From Eledone cirrhosa (taxonomy: Eukaryota): a stretch of DNA of 64,000 bases. Where the stretch lies: contig OZ024741.1 of NCBI GenBank assembly GCA_964016885.1, forward strand, positions 72,726,001-72,790,000, in the 5' to 3' direction. A model generated the notes under the pieces. It saw only the letters and a program-made list of their open reading frames with translations, did not search any database and was not told the origin of the DNA. Both the position numbers and the translations under genes were made by a program. Positions 41,001-54,059 of this stretch are shown piece after piece; within the stretch, counting starts at the first letter, position 1; each line of letters starts with the position of its first letter.

Positions 41001-42240
41001 ACTTTAGTTGTTGTTGTTACTTTATTTGTTGTTGATAATTTAGTTGTTGTTGATAGTTTAGTTGTTGTTACTTTAGTTGTTGTTACTTTAGTTGTTGTTA
41101 ATTTAGTTGTTGTTGTTACTCTAGTTGTTGTTGTTACTTTAGTTGTTGTTGATAGTTTAGTTGTTGTTGTTACTTTAGTTGTTGTTACTTTAGTTGTTGT
41201 TAATTTAGTTGATGTTGTTACTCTAGTTGTTGTTGTTACTTTAGTTGTTGTTGATAGTTTAGTTGTTGTTGTTGCGTTAGTTGTTGTTGATAGGTTAGTT
41301 GTTGTTATTACTTTAGTTGTTGTTGACAGTTTAGTTGTTGTTACTTGAGTTGTTGTTGTTTGTTTAGTTGTTGTTACTTTAGTTGTTGTTGTTACCTTAG
41401 TTATTGTTGTTACTTTAGTTGTTGTTGTTGCTTTAGTTGTTGTTGCTTTAGTTTTTGTTACTTTAGTTGTTGTTGTTGCTTTACTTGTAGTTGTTACTTT
41501 AGTTGTTGTTGTTACTTTAGTTGATGTTGATATTTTAGTTGTTGTTGATTTAGTTTTTGTTACTTTAGTTGATGTTGTTACTTTAGTTGGTGTTGTTACT
41601 TTAATTGTTGTTACTTTAGTTGTTGTTGTTACTTTAGTTGTTGTTGATAGTTTAGTTGTTGTTACTTCAGTTGTTGTTGTTACTTTAGTTGTTGTTGTTA
41701 CTTTAGTTGTTGTTGCTACTTTAGTTGTGGATAGTTTAGTTATTGTTGATAGTTTAGTTGTTCTTGTTATTTTAGTTGTAGTAGTTACTTTAGTTGTTGT
41801 TGATATTTTACTTGTTGTTACTTTAGTTGTTGTTGTTACTTTAGTTGTTGTTACTTTAGTCGTTGTTATTTAGTTATTGTTGTTACTTTAGTTGTTGTTG
41901 TTGTTGCTTTAGTTGTTGTTACTTTAGTTGTTGTTACTTTAGTTGGTGGTACTTTAGTTGTCGTTGATCGTTTAATTTGTTGTTGTTACTTTAGTTGTTG
42001 TTGATAGTTTAGTTGTTGTTGTTACTTTAGTTGTTGTTGTTACTTTAGTTGTTGTTACTTTAGTTGTTGTTACTTTAGTTGTTGTTACTTTAATTGTTGT
42101 TGATAATTTAGTTGTTGTTGTTACTTTAGTTGTTGTTGTTACTTTAGTTGTCGTTGATAGTTTAGTTGTTGTTGTTACTTTAGTTGTTGTTGTTACTTTA
42201 GTTGTTGTTACTTTAGTTGTTGTTACTTTAGTTGTTGTTA
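35100..42240. repeat. Patchwork of reshuffled 0.3-1.4-kb modules, including a pair at ~2.7-kb offset
   Basis: GATGTTAATAGATTAG at ~35884/37360/40368; GTTGAGAG at ~36175/37716/40728; ATTGGCAG at ~36508/39686; GGTGGTACTTTAGTTGTCGTTGATCGTTTAATTTG at ~39239/41945. Confidence 0.75.
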
Positions 42241-44329
42241 ATTTAGTTGTTGTTACTTTAATTGTTCTTGATAGTTTAGTTGTTGTTGTTACTTTAGTTG
42301 TTCTTGTTACTTTAGTTGTTGTTGATAGTTTATTTGTTGTTGTTACTTTTGTTGTTGTTGTTATTTTAGTTGTTGTTGATAGTTTAGTTATTGTTACTTT
42401 AGTTGTTATTGTTACTTCAGTTGTTGTTGTTACATTAGTTGTTGTTGATAGTTTAGTTGTTGTTGTTACTTTAGTTGTTGTTACTTTAGTTGTTGTTGTT
42501 ACTTTAGTTGTTGTAGATAGTTTAGTTGTTGTTGCTTTAGTTGTTGTTGATAGTTTAGTTGTTGTTGTTACTTTAGTTGCGATTACTGCAGTTGTTGTTA
42601 CTTTAGTTGTTGTTGTAGCTTTAGTTGTTGTTGTTACTTCAGTTGTTGTTGTTACTTTAGTTGTTCTTTTTGCTTTAGTTGTTGTTGATAGTTTAGTTGT
42701 TGTTCCTTTAGTTGTATTTGATTGTTTAGTTGTTGTTGTTACTTTAGTTGTTGTTACATTAGTTGTTGTTATTTAGTTGTTGTTGTTGTTGTTACTAGCT
42801 GTTGTTGTTGCTTTAGTTGGTGTTACTTTAGTTGTTGTTGATAATTTAGTTGTTGTTGTTAATTTAGTAGTTGTTGATCGTTTAGATGTTGTTGTTTCTT
42901 TAGTTGTTGATAGTTTAGTTGTTGTTGATAGTTGAGTTGTTGTTACTTTAGTTGATGTTGATAGTTTAGTTGTTGTTGTTTCTTTAGTTGTTGTTGATAG
43001 TTTAGTTGTTGTTGATACTTTAGTTTTTGTTGTTACTTTAGTTGTTGTTGTTACTTTAGTTGTTGCTGTTACTTTAGTTGTTGTTGATAGTTTAGTTGTT
43101 GTCGTTACTTTATTTGTTGACGTTACTTTAGTTGTTGCTACTTTAGTTGTTGTTACTTTAGTTGTTGTTGCTACTTTAGTTGTAGATAGTTTAGTTATTG
43201 TTGATAGTTTAGTTGTTGTTGTTACTTTAGTTGTTGTTCTTACTTTAGTTGTTGTTGTTACTTTAGTTGTTGTTGTTACTTTAGTTGTTGTTGATAGTTT
43301 AGTTGTTGTCGTAACTTTATTTGTTGACGTTACTTTAGTTGTTGCTACTTTAGTTGTTGTTACTTTAGTTGTTGTTGTTGCCTTAGCTGTTGTTGTTACT
43401 TTAGTTGTTGTTCTTACTTTAGTTGTTGTTGTTACTTTAGTTGTTGTTGTTACTTTATTTGTTGTTGATAGTTTAGTTGTTGTTGATAGTTTAGTTGTTG
43501 TTGTTACTTTAGTTGTTGTTACTTTAGTTGTTGTTGTTAGTTTAGTTGTTGTTAATTTAGTTGTTGTTGATAGTTAGTGGTTGTTGTTGCTTTAGTTGTT
43601 GTTGTTACTTTAACTTGATTTAGTTGGTTTAGTTGTTGTTAGTTTAGTTGTTGTTGTTACTTTAGTTGTTGTTGTTGCTTTAGTTGTTGTTGTTTTAGTT
43701 GTTGTTGCTTTAGTTATTGTTACTTTAGTTGTTGGTGTTGCTTTAGTTGTAGTTGTTAATTTAGTTGTTATTGTTAATTTAGTTGATGTTGATATTTTAG
43801 TTGTTGTTGTTACTTTAGTTGTTGTTGTTACTTTAGTTGTTGTTGTTACTTTAGTTGTTGTTGATAATTTAGTTGTTGTTGTTGCTTTATTTGTTGTTAC
43901 TTTAGTTGTTATTGTTAGTTTAGTTGTTGTTGTTACTTTAGTTGTTGTTGTTACTTTAGTTGTTGTTGTTACTTTAGTTGTTCTTGTTACTTTAGTTTTT
44001 GTAGATAGTTTAGTTGTTGTTGCTTTAGTTGTTGTTGATAGTTTAGTTGTTGTTGATAGTTTAGTTGTTGTTGTTACTTTAGTTGCTGTTGTTACTTTAG
44101 TTGTTGTTGTTACTTTAGTTGTTGTTTTTACTTTAGTTGTTGTTACTTTAGTTGTTGTTACTTTAGTTGTTGTTACTTTAGTTGTTGTTGCTACTTTAGT
44201 TGTAGATAGTTTAGTTATTGTTGATAGTTTATTTGTTGTTGTTACTTTAGTTGTTGTTGTTACTTTAGTTGTTGTTGATAGTTTAGTTGTTGTCGTTACT
44301 TTAGTTGTTGTTGATAGTTTAGTTGTCGT

Positions 44330-47300
44330 TACTTTAGTTGTTGTTGTTACTTTAGTTGTTGTTATTAATTTAGTTGTTGTTGATAGTTTAGTTGTTGTTG
44401 TTGCTTTAGTTGTTGTTACTTTAGTTGTTGTTGATAGTTTAGTTGTTGTTGTTACTTTAGTTGTTGCTACTTTAGTTGTTATTACATCAGTTGTTGTTGT
44501 TGCTTTAGTTGTTGTTGTTACTTTAGTTGTTGTTACTTTAATTGTTGTTTATAGTTTAGTTGTTGTCGTTACTTTAGTTGTTGTTGTTACTTAAGTTCTT
44601 GCTACTTTAGTTGTTGTTACTTTAGTTGTTGTTGTTGCCCTAGCTGTTGTTGTTACTTTAGTTGTTGTTGTTACTTTATTTGTTGTTGATAGTTTAGTTG
44701 TTGTTGATAGTTTAGTTGTTGTTGTTACTTTAGTTGTTGTTGTTAGTATAGTTGTTGTTGTTACTTTAGTTGTTGTTGTTACTTTAGTTGTTGTTACTTT
44801 AGTTGTTGTTGCTACTTTAGTTGTGGATAGTTTAGTTATTGTTGATAGTTTAGTTGTTCTTGTTACTTTAGTTGTTGTTCTTACTTTAGTTGTTGTTAAT
44901 ATTTTCTTGTTGTTGTTACTTTAGTTGTTGTTGTTACTTTAGTTGTTGTTGATAGATTAGTTGTTGTTGTTACTTTAGTTGTTGTTGTTACTTTAGTTGT
45001 TGTTACTTTAGTTGTTGTTGTTGCTTTAGTTGTTGTTACTTTAGTTGTTGTTACTTTAGTTGTTGATGATCGTTTAATTTGTTGTTGTTACTTTAGTTGT
45101 TGTTGATAGTTTAGTAGTTGTTGTTACTTTAGTTGTTGTTGTTACTTTAGTTGTTGTTACTTTAGTTGTTGTTACTTTAGTTGTTGTTACTTTAATTGTT
45201 GTTGATAATTTAGTTGTTGTTGATACTTTAGTTGTTGTTGATAGTTTATTTGTTGTTGTTACTTTTGTTGTTGTTGTTACTTTAGTTGTTGTAGATAGTT
45301 TAGTTGTTGTTGCTTTAGTTGTTGATAGTTTAGTTGTTGTTGTTACTTTAGTTGTGGTTACTTCAGTTGTTGTTACTTTAGTTGTTGTTGTTGCTTTATT
45401 TGTTGTTGTTACTTTAGTTGTTCTTGTTGCTTTAGTTGTTTTTGATAGTTTAGTTGTTGTTGGTGCTTTAGTTGTTGTTACATTAGTTGTTGTTACTTTA
45501 GTTGTTGTTGATAGTTTAGTTGTTATTCCTTTAGTTGTATTTGATTGTTTAGTTGTTGTTGTTACTTTAGTTGTTGTTACTTTAGTTTTTGTTATTTAGT
45601 TGTTGTTGTTACTTAGCTGTTGTTGTTGCTTTAGTTGTTGTTTTTACTTTAGTTGTTGTTACTTTAGTTGTTGTTACTTTAGTTGTTGTTGCTACTTTAG
45701 TTGTAGATAGTTTAGTTATTGTTGATAGTTTAGTTGCTGTTGTTACTTTAGTTGTTGTTGTTACTTTAGTTGTTGTTGATAGTTTAGTTGTTGTTACTTG
45801 AGTTGTTGTTGATACTTTAGTTGTTGTTGTTGCTTTAGTTGTTGTTGTTACTTTAGTTGTTGTTGATAGTTTAGTTGTTGTTGTTACTTTAGTTGTTGTT
45901 GTTACTTTAGTTGTTGCTACTTTAGTTGTTATTACTTTAGTTGTTGTTGTTGCTTTAGTTGTTGTTGTTACTTTAGTTGTTGTTGTTACCTTAGTTGTTG
46001 TTTATAGTTTAGTTGTTGTCGTTACTTTAGTTGTTGTTGTTACTTTAGTTGTTGTTACTTTAGTTGTTGTTAATTTAGTTGTTGTTGTTGTCTTAGCTGT
46101 TGTTGTTACTTTAGTTGTTGATGTTACTTTATTTGTTGTTGATAATTTAGTTGTTGTTGATAATTTAGTTGTTGTTGTTGCTTTAGTTGTTGTTGTTACT
46201 TTATTTGTTGTTACTTTAGTTGATATTACTTTAGTTGTTGTTGTTACTTTTTTTGTTGTTGTTACTTTAGTTGTTTTTTACAGTTTAGTTGTTGTTGTTA
46301 CCATAGTTGTTGTTAATTTAGTTGTTGTTGTTACTCTAGTTGTTGTTGTTACTTTAGTTGTTGATAGGTTAGTTGTTGTTGTTACTTTAGTTGTTATTAC
46401 TTTAGCTGTTGTTAATTTAGTTGTTGTTGTTACTCTAGTTGTTGTTGTTACTTTAGTTGTTGTTGATAGTTTAGTTGTTGTTGTTACTTTAGTTGTTGTT
46501 GTTGCTTTAGTTGTTGTTGATAGTTTAGTTGTTGTTACTTTAGTTGTTGTTAGTTTAGTTGTTGTTAATTTACTTGTTGTTGATAGTTTAGTTGTTGTTA
46601 CTTTAGTTGTTGTTGTTACTTTAGTTGTTGTTATTAATTTAGTTGTTGTTGATAGTTTAGTTGTTGTTGTTGCTTTAGTTGTTGTTACTTTAGTTGTTGT
46701 TGATAGTTTAGTTGTTGTTGTTACTTTAGTTGTTGCTACTTTAGTTGTTATTACATCAGTTGTTGTTGTTGCTTTAGTTGTTGATGTTACTTTAGTTGTT
46801 GTTACTTTAATTGTTGTTTATAGTTTAGTTGTTGTCGTTACTTTAGTTGTTGTTGTTACTTAAGTTCTTGCTACTTTAGTTGTTGTTACTTTAGTTGTTG
46901 TTGTTGCCCTAGCTGTTGTTGTTACTTTAGTTGTTGTTGTTACTTTATTTGTTGTTGATAGTTTAGTTGTTGTTGATAGTTTAGTTGTTGTTGTTACTTT
47001 AGTTGTTGTTACTTTAGTTGTTGTTGTTATTTTTGTTGTTGTTACTTCAGTTGTTGTTGTTACATTAGTTGTTGTTGATCGTTTAGTAGTTGTTGCTTTA
47101 GTAGTTGTTACTTTAGTTGTTGTTGTTAGTTTAGTTGTTGTTGTTACTTTAGTTGTTGTTGTTACTTTAGTTGTTGTTACTTTAGTTGTTGTTGCTACTT
47201 TAGTTGTGGATAGTTTAGTTATTCTTGATAGTTTAGTTGTTCTTGTTACTTTAGTTGTTGTTCTTACTTTAGTTGTTGTTAATATTTTCTTGTTGTTGTT

Positions 47301-49530
47301 ACTTTAGTTGTTGTTGTTACTTTAGTTGTTGTTGATAGATTAGTTGTTGTTGTTACTTTAGTTGTTGTTGTTACTTTAGTTGTTGTTACTTTAGTTGTTG
47401 TTGTTGCTTTAGTTGTTGTTACTTTAGTTGTTGTTACTTTAGTTGTTGATGATCGTTTAATTTGTTGTTGTTACTTTAGTTGTTGTTGATAGTTTAGTTG
47501 TTGTTGTTACTTTAGTTGTTGTTGTTACTTTAGTTGTTGTTACTTTAGTTGTTGTTACTTTAGTTGTTGTTACTTTAATTGTTGTTGATAATTTAGTTGT
47601 TGTTGATACTTTAGTTGTTGTTGTTACTTTAGTTGTTGTTGATAGTTTATTTGTTGTTGTTACTTTTGTTGTTGTTGTTATTTTAGTTGTTGTTGATAGT
47701 TTAGTTGTTGTTGTTACTTTAGTTGTTGTAGATAGTTTAGTTGTTGTTGCTTTAGTTGTTGATAGTTTAGTTGTTGTTGTTACTTTAGTTCTGGTTACTT
47801 CAGTTGTTGTTACTTTAGTTGTTGTTGTTGCTTTATTTGTTGTTGTTACTTTAGTTGTTCTTGTTGCTTTAGTTGTTTTTGATAGTTTAGTTGTTGTTGT
47901 TGCTTTAGTTGTTGTTACATTAGTTGTTGTTACTTTAGTTGTTGTTGATAGTTTAGTTGTTGTTGTTACTTTAGTTGTTGTTGTTGCTTTAGTTGTTGTT
48001 GATAGTTTAGTTGTTGTTACTTTAGTTGTTGTTAGTTTAGTTGTTGTTAATTTACTTGTTGTTGATAGTTTAGTTGTTGTTACTTTAGTTGTTGTTGTTA
48101 CTTTAGTTGTTGTTATTAATTTAGTTGTTGTTGATAGTTTAGTTGTTGTTGTTGCTTTAGTTGTTGTTACTTTAGTTGTTGTTGATAGTTTAGTTGTTGT
48201 TGTTACTTTAGTTGTTGCTACTTTAGTTGTTATTACATCAGTTGTTGTTGTTGCTTTAGTTGTTGATGTTACTTTAGTTGTTGTTACTTTAATTGTTGTT
48301 TATAGTTTAGTTGTTGTCGTTACTTTAGTTGTTGTTGTTACTTAAGTTCTTGCTACTTTAGTTGTTGTTACTTTAGTTGTTGTTGTTGCCCTAGCTGTTG
48401 TTGTTACTTTAGTTGTTGTTGTTACTTTATTTGTTGTTGATAGTTTAGTTGTTGTTGATAGTTTAGTTGTTGTTGTTACTTTAGTTGTTGTTACTTTAGT
48501 TGTTGTTGTTATTTTTGTTGTTGTTACTTCAGTTGTTGTTGTTACATTAGTTGTTGTTGATCGTTTAGTAGTTGTTGCTTTAGTAGTTGTTACTTTAGTT
48601 GTTGTTGTTAGTTTAGTTGTTGTTGTTACTTTAGTTGTTGTTACTTTAGTTGTTGTTACTTTAGTTGTTGTTGCTACTTTAGTTGTGGATAGTTTAGTTA
48701 TTGTTGATAGTTTAGTTGTTCTTGTTACTTTAGTTGTTGTTCTTACTTTAGTTGTTGTTAATATTTTCTTGTTGTTGTTACTTTAGTTGTTGTTGTTACT
48801 TTAGTTGTTGTTGATAGATTAGTTGTTGTTGTTACTTTAGTTGTTGTTGTTGCTTTAGTTGTTGTTACTTTAGTTGTTGTTGTTGCTTTAGTTGTTGTTA
48901 CTTTAGTTGTTGTTACTTTAGTTGTTGATGATCGTTTAATTTGTTGTTGTTACTTTAGTTGTTGTTGATAGTTTAGTTGTTGTTGTTACTTTAGTTGTTG
49001 TTGTTACTTTAGTTGTTGTTACTTTAGTTGTTGTTACTTTAGTTGTTGTTACTTTAATTGTTGTTGATAATTTAGTTGTTGTTGATACTTTAGTTGTTGT
49101 TGTTACTTTAGTTGTTGTTGATAGTTTATTTGTTGTTGTTACTTTTGTTGTTGTTGTTATTTTAGTTGTTGTTGATAGTTTAGTTGTTGTTGTTACTTTA
49201 GTTGTTGTTACTTTAGTTGTTGTAGATAGTTTAGTTGTTGTTGCTTTAGTTGTTGATAGTTTAGTTGTTGTTGTTACTTTAGTTGTGGTTACTTCAGTTG
49301 TTGTTACTTTAGTTGTTGTTGTTGCTTTATTTGTTGTTGTTACTTTAGATGTTCTTGTTGCTTTAGTTGTTTTTGATAGTTTAGTTGTTGTTGTTGCTTT
49401 AGTTGTTGTTACATTAGTTGTTGTTACTTTAGTTGTTGTTGATAGTTTAGTTGTTATTCCTTTAGTTGTATTTGATTGTTTAGTTGTTGTTGTTACTTTA
49501 GTTGTTGTTACTTTAGTTTTTGTTATTTAG
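44330..49530. repeat. Three copies of a 1.2-1.5-kb unit; the last two are in direct tandem at ~1.48 kb
   Basis: ATTACATCAG at ~44481/46750/48232; GCCCTAGCTG at ~44637/46906/48388; AATATTTTCTTG at ~44898/47281/48760; GATGATCGTTTAATTTG at ~45065/47448/48927. ORFs 45354..45599 and 49285..49530 are near-identical. Confidence 0.87.
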
Positions 49531-52500
49531 TTGTTGTTGTTACTTAGCTGTTGTTGTTGCTTTAGTTGTTGTTACTTTAGTTGTTTTTACTTTAGTTGGT
49601 GTTACTTTACTTGTTGATAATTTAGTTGTTGTTGTTAATTTAGTTGTTGTTTATAGTTTAGTTGTTGTTGTTACTTTAGTTGTTGTTAATTTAGTTGTTG
49701 TTGTTACTCTAGTTGTTGTTGTTACTTTAGTTGTTGTTGATAGTTTAGTTGTTGTTGTTACTTTAGTTGTTGTTAATTTAGTTGTTGTTACTCCAGTTGT
49801 TGTTGTTACTTTAGTTGTTGTTGATAGTTTAGTTTTTGTTGTTACTTTAGTTGTTGTTACTTTAGCTGTTGTTAATTTAGTTGTTGTTGTTACTCTAGTT
49901 GTTGTTGTTTCTTTAGTTGTTCTTGTTACTTTAGTTGTTGTTGATAGTTTAGTTGTTGTTGTTACTTTAGTTGTTGTTGTTACTTTAGTTGTTGTTGTTA
50001 CTTTAGTTGTTGTTGTTACTTTAGTTTTTCTTGTTACTTTAGTTGTTGTAGATAGATTAGTTGTTGTTGCTTTAGTTGTTGTTGTTACTTTAGTTGTTGT
50101 TGTTGCTTTAGTTGTTGTTACTTTAGTTGTTGTTGTTACTTTAGTTGTTCTTGTTGCTTTAGTTGTTGTTGATAGTTTAGTTGTTGTTGCTTTAGCTGTT
50201 GTTACTTTAGTTGTTGTTCCTTTAGTTGTTTTTGATAGTTTAGTTGTTGTTGCTTAAGTTGTATTTGATAGTTTAGTTGTTGTTGTTATTTAGTTGTTGT
50301 TGTTACTTAGCTGTTGTTGTTGCTTTGGTTGCTGTTACTTTAGTTGTTGTTACTTTAGTTTGTGTTACTTTAGTTGTTGTTGATAGTTTAGTTGTTGTTG
50401 TTACTTTAGTTGTTGTTGATAGTTTGGTTGTTGTTGTTACTTTAGTTGTTGTTACTTTAGTTGTTGTTGTTAATTTAGTAGTTGTTGATCGTTTAGTTGT
50501 TTTTGTTACTTTAGTTGTTGTTGATAGTTTAGTTGTTGTTGATAGTTTAGTTGTTGTTGTTACTTTAGTTGCTGTTGTTACTTTAGTTGTTGTTGTTACT
50601 TTAGTTGTTGTTTTTACTTTAGTTGTTGTTACTTTAGTTGTTGTTACTTTAGTTGTTGTTGCTACTTTAGTTGTAGATAGTTTAGTTATTGTTGATAGTT
50701 TAGTTGCTGTTGTTACTTTAGTTGTTGTTGTTACTTTAGTTGTTGTTGATAGTTTAGTTGTTGTTACTTGAGTTGTTGTTGATACTTTAGTTGTTGTTGT
50801 TGCTTTAGTTGTTGTTGTTACTTTAGTTGTTGTTGATAGTTTAGTTGTTGTTGTTGCTTTAGTTGTTGTTGTTACTTTAGTTGTTGTTGTTACCTTAGTT
50901 GTTGTTTATAGTTTAGTTGTTGTCGTTACTTTAGTTGTTGTTGTTACTTTAGTTCTTGCTACTTTAATTGTTGTTACTTTAGTTGTTATTGTTGCCTTAG
51001 CTGTTGTTGTTACTTTAGTTGTTGTTGTTACCTTAGTTGTTGTTTATAGCTTAGTTGTTGTCGTTACTTTAGTTGTTGTTGTTACTTTAGTTGTTGTTAC
51101 TTTAGTTGTTGTTAATTTAGTTGTTGTTGTTGTCTTAGCTGTTTTTGTTACTTTAGCTGTTGATGTTACTTTATTTGTTGTTGATAATTTAGTTGTTGTT
51201 GATAATTTAGTTGTTGTTGTTGCTTTAGTTGTTGTTGTTACTTTATTTGTTGTTACTTTAGTTGATATTACTTTAGTTGTTGTTGTTGCTTTAGTTGTTG
51301 TTGTTACTTTAGTTGTTGTTGTTACTTTAGTTGTTGTTGATAATTTAGTTGTTGTTGTTACTTTTTTTGTTGTTGTTACTTTAGTTGTTTTTTACAGTTT
51401 AGTTGTTGTTGTTACTTTAGTTGTTGTTAATTTAGTTGTTGTTGTTACTCTAGTTGTTGTTGTTACTTTAGTTGTTGATAGGTTAGTTGTTGTTGTTACT
51501 TTAGTTGTTATTACTTTAGCTGTTGTTAATTTAGTTGTTGTTGTTACTCTAGTTGTTGTTGTTACTTTAGTTGTTGTTGATAGTTTAGTTTTTGTTGTTA
51601 CTTTAGTTGTTGTTGTTGCTTTAGTTGTTGTTGATAGTTTAGTTGTTGTTACTTTAGTTGTTGTTAGTTTAGTTGTTGTTAATTTACTTGTTGTTGATAG
51701 TTTAGTTGTTGTTACTTTAGTTGTTGTTAATTCTTTAGTTGTTGTTGTTGCTTTAGATGTTGTTGTTACTTTAGTTGTTGTTGATAGTTTAGTTGTTGTT
51801 GTTACTTTAGTTGTTGTTGTTACTTTAGTTGTTGCTACTTTAGTTGTTATTACTTTAGTTGTTGTTTATAGTTTAGTTGTTGTCGTTACTTTAGTTGTTG
51901 TTGTTACTTTAGTTCTTGCTACTTTAGTTGTTGTTACTTTAGTTGTTGTTGTTGCCTTAGCTGTTGTTGTTACTTTAGTTGTTATTGTTACTTTAGTTGA
52001 TGTTGATAATTTAGGTGTTGTTGTTACTTTATTTATTTTTGATAGTTTAGTTGTTGTTGATAATTTAGTTGTTGTTGTTAGTTTATTGTTGTTACTTTAG
52101 CTGTTGTTAATTTAGTTGTTGTTGTTACTCTAGTTGTTGTTGTTACTTTAGTTGTTGTTGATAGTTTAGTTGTTGTTGTCACTTTAGTTGTTGTTACTTT
52201 AGTTGTTGTTAAATTAGTTGTTATTTTTACTCTAGTGGTTGTTGCTACTTTAGTTGTTGTTGATACATTAGTTGTTGTTGTTGCTTTAGTTGTTCTTGTT
52301 ACTTTAGTTGTTGTTACTTTAGTTGTTGTTGATAGTTTAGTTGTTGTTGTTACTTTAGTTGTTGTTGTTACTTTAGTTCTTGTTACTTTAGTTGTTATTA
52401 CTTTAGTTGTTGTTGTTGCTTTAGTTGTTGTTGTTACTTTAGTTGTTGTTTATAATTTAGTTGTTGTTGTTACTTTAGTTGTTGTTAATTTAGTTGTTGT

Positions 52501-54059
52501 TGTTACTCTAGTTGTTGTTGTTACTTTAGTTGTTGTTGATAGTTTAGTTGTTGTTGTTACTTTAGTTGTTGTTAATTTAGTTGTTGTTGTTACTCTAGTT
52601 GTTGTTGTTACTTTAGTTGTTGTTGATACTTTAGTTGTTGTTATTGCTTTATTTGTTGTTGTTACTTTATTTGTTGTTACTTTAGTTGATATTACTTTAG
52701 TTGTTGTTGTTGCTTTAGTTGTTGTTGTTACTTTAGTTGTTGTTGTTACTTTAGTTGTTGTTGATAATTTAGTTGTTGTTGTTACTTTTTTTGTTGTTGT
52801 TACTTTAGTTGTTTTTTACAGTTTAGTTGTTGTTGTTACTTTAGTTGTTGTTAATTTAGTTGTTGTTGTTACTCTAGTTGTTGTTGTTACTTTAGTTGTT
52901 GTTGTTACTTTAGTTGTTGCTACTTTAGTTGTTATTACTTTAGTTGTTGTTTATAGTTTAGTTGTTGTCGTTACTTTAGTTGTTGTTGTTACTTTAGTTC
53001 TTGCTACTTTAGTTGTTGTTACTTTAGTTGTTGTTGTTGCCTTAGCTGTTGTTGTTACTTTAGTTGTTATTGTTACTTTAGTTGATGTTGATAATTTAGG
53101 TGTTGTTGTTACTTTATTTATTGTTGATAGTTTAGTTGTTGTTGATAATTTAGTTGTTGTTACTTTAGTTGTTGTTGATAGTTTAGTTGTTGTTGTTACT
53201 TTAGTTGTTGTTGTTACTTTAGTTGTTGTTACTTTAGTTATTATTACTTTAGTTGTTGTTTTTGCTTTAGTTGTTGTTGTTACTTTAGTTGTTGTTTATA
53301 GTTTAGTTGTTGTTGTTACTTTAGTTGTTGTTAATTTAGTTGTTGTTGTTACTCTAGTTGTTGTTGTTACTTTAGTTGTTGTTGATAGTTTAGTTGTTGT
53401 TGTTACTTTAGTTGTTGTTAATTTAGTTGTTGTTACTCCAGTTGTTGTTGTTACTTTAGTTGTTGTTGATAGTTTAGTTTTTGTTGTTACTTTAGTTGTT
53501 GTTACTTTAGCTGTTGTTAATTTAGTTGTTGTTACTCTAGTTGTTGTTGTTTCTTTAGTTGTTGTTGATAGTTTAGTTGTTGTTGTTGCGTTAGTTGTTG
53601 TTGATAGTTTAGTTGTTGTTGTTACTTTAGTTGTTGTTGTTGCTTTAGTTGTTGTTGTTAGTTTAGTTGTTGTTAATTTAGTTGTTGTTGATAGTTTAGT
53701 TTTTGTTACTTTAGTTGTTGTTGTTACCTTAGTTGTTGTTGATAGCTAGTTGTTGTTGTTGCTTTAGTTGTTGTTGTTACTTTAAGTTGATTTAGTTGCT
53801 TTAGTTCTTGTTAGTTTAGTTGTTGTTGTTACTTTAGTTGTTGTTGTTGCTTTAGTTGTAGTTGTTACTTTGGTTGTTGTTGTTAATTTAGTTGATGTTG
53901 ATATTTTAGTTGCTGTTGCTTTAGTTGTTGTTAATTTAGTTGCTGTTGTTACTTTAGTTGTTGTTGATAATTTAGTTGTTGTTGCTTTAGTTGTTGTTAC
54001 TTTAGTTGTAGTTGTTAGTTTAGTTGTTGTTGTTACTTTAGTTGTTGTTGTTACTTTAG

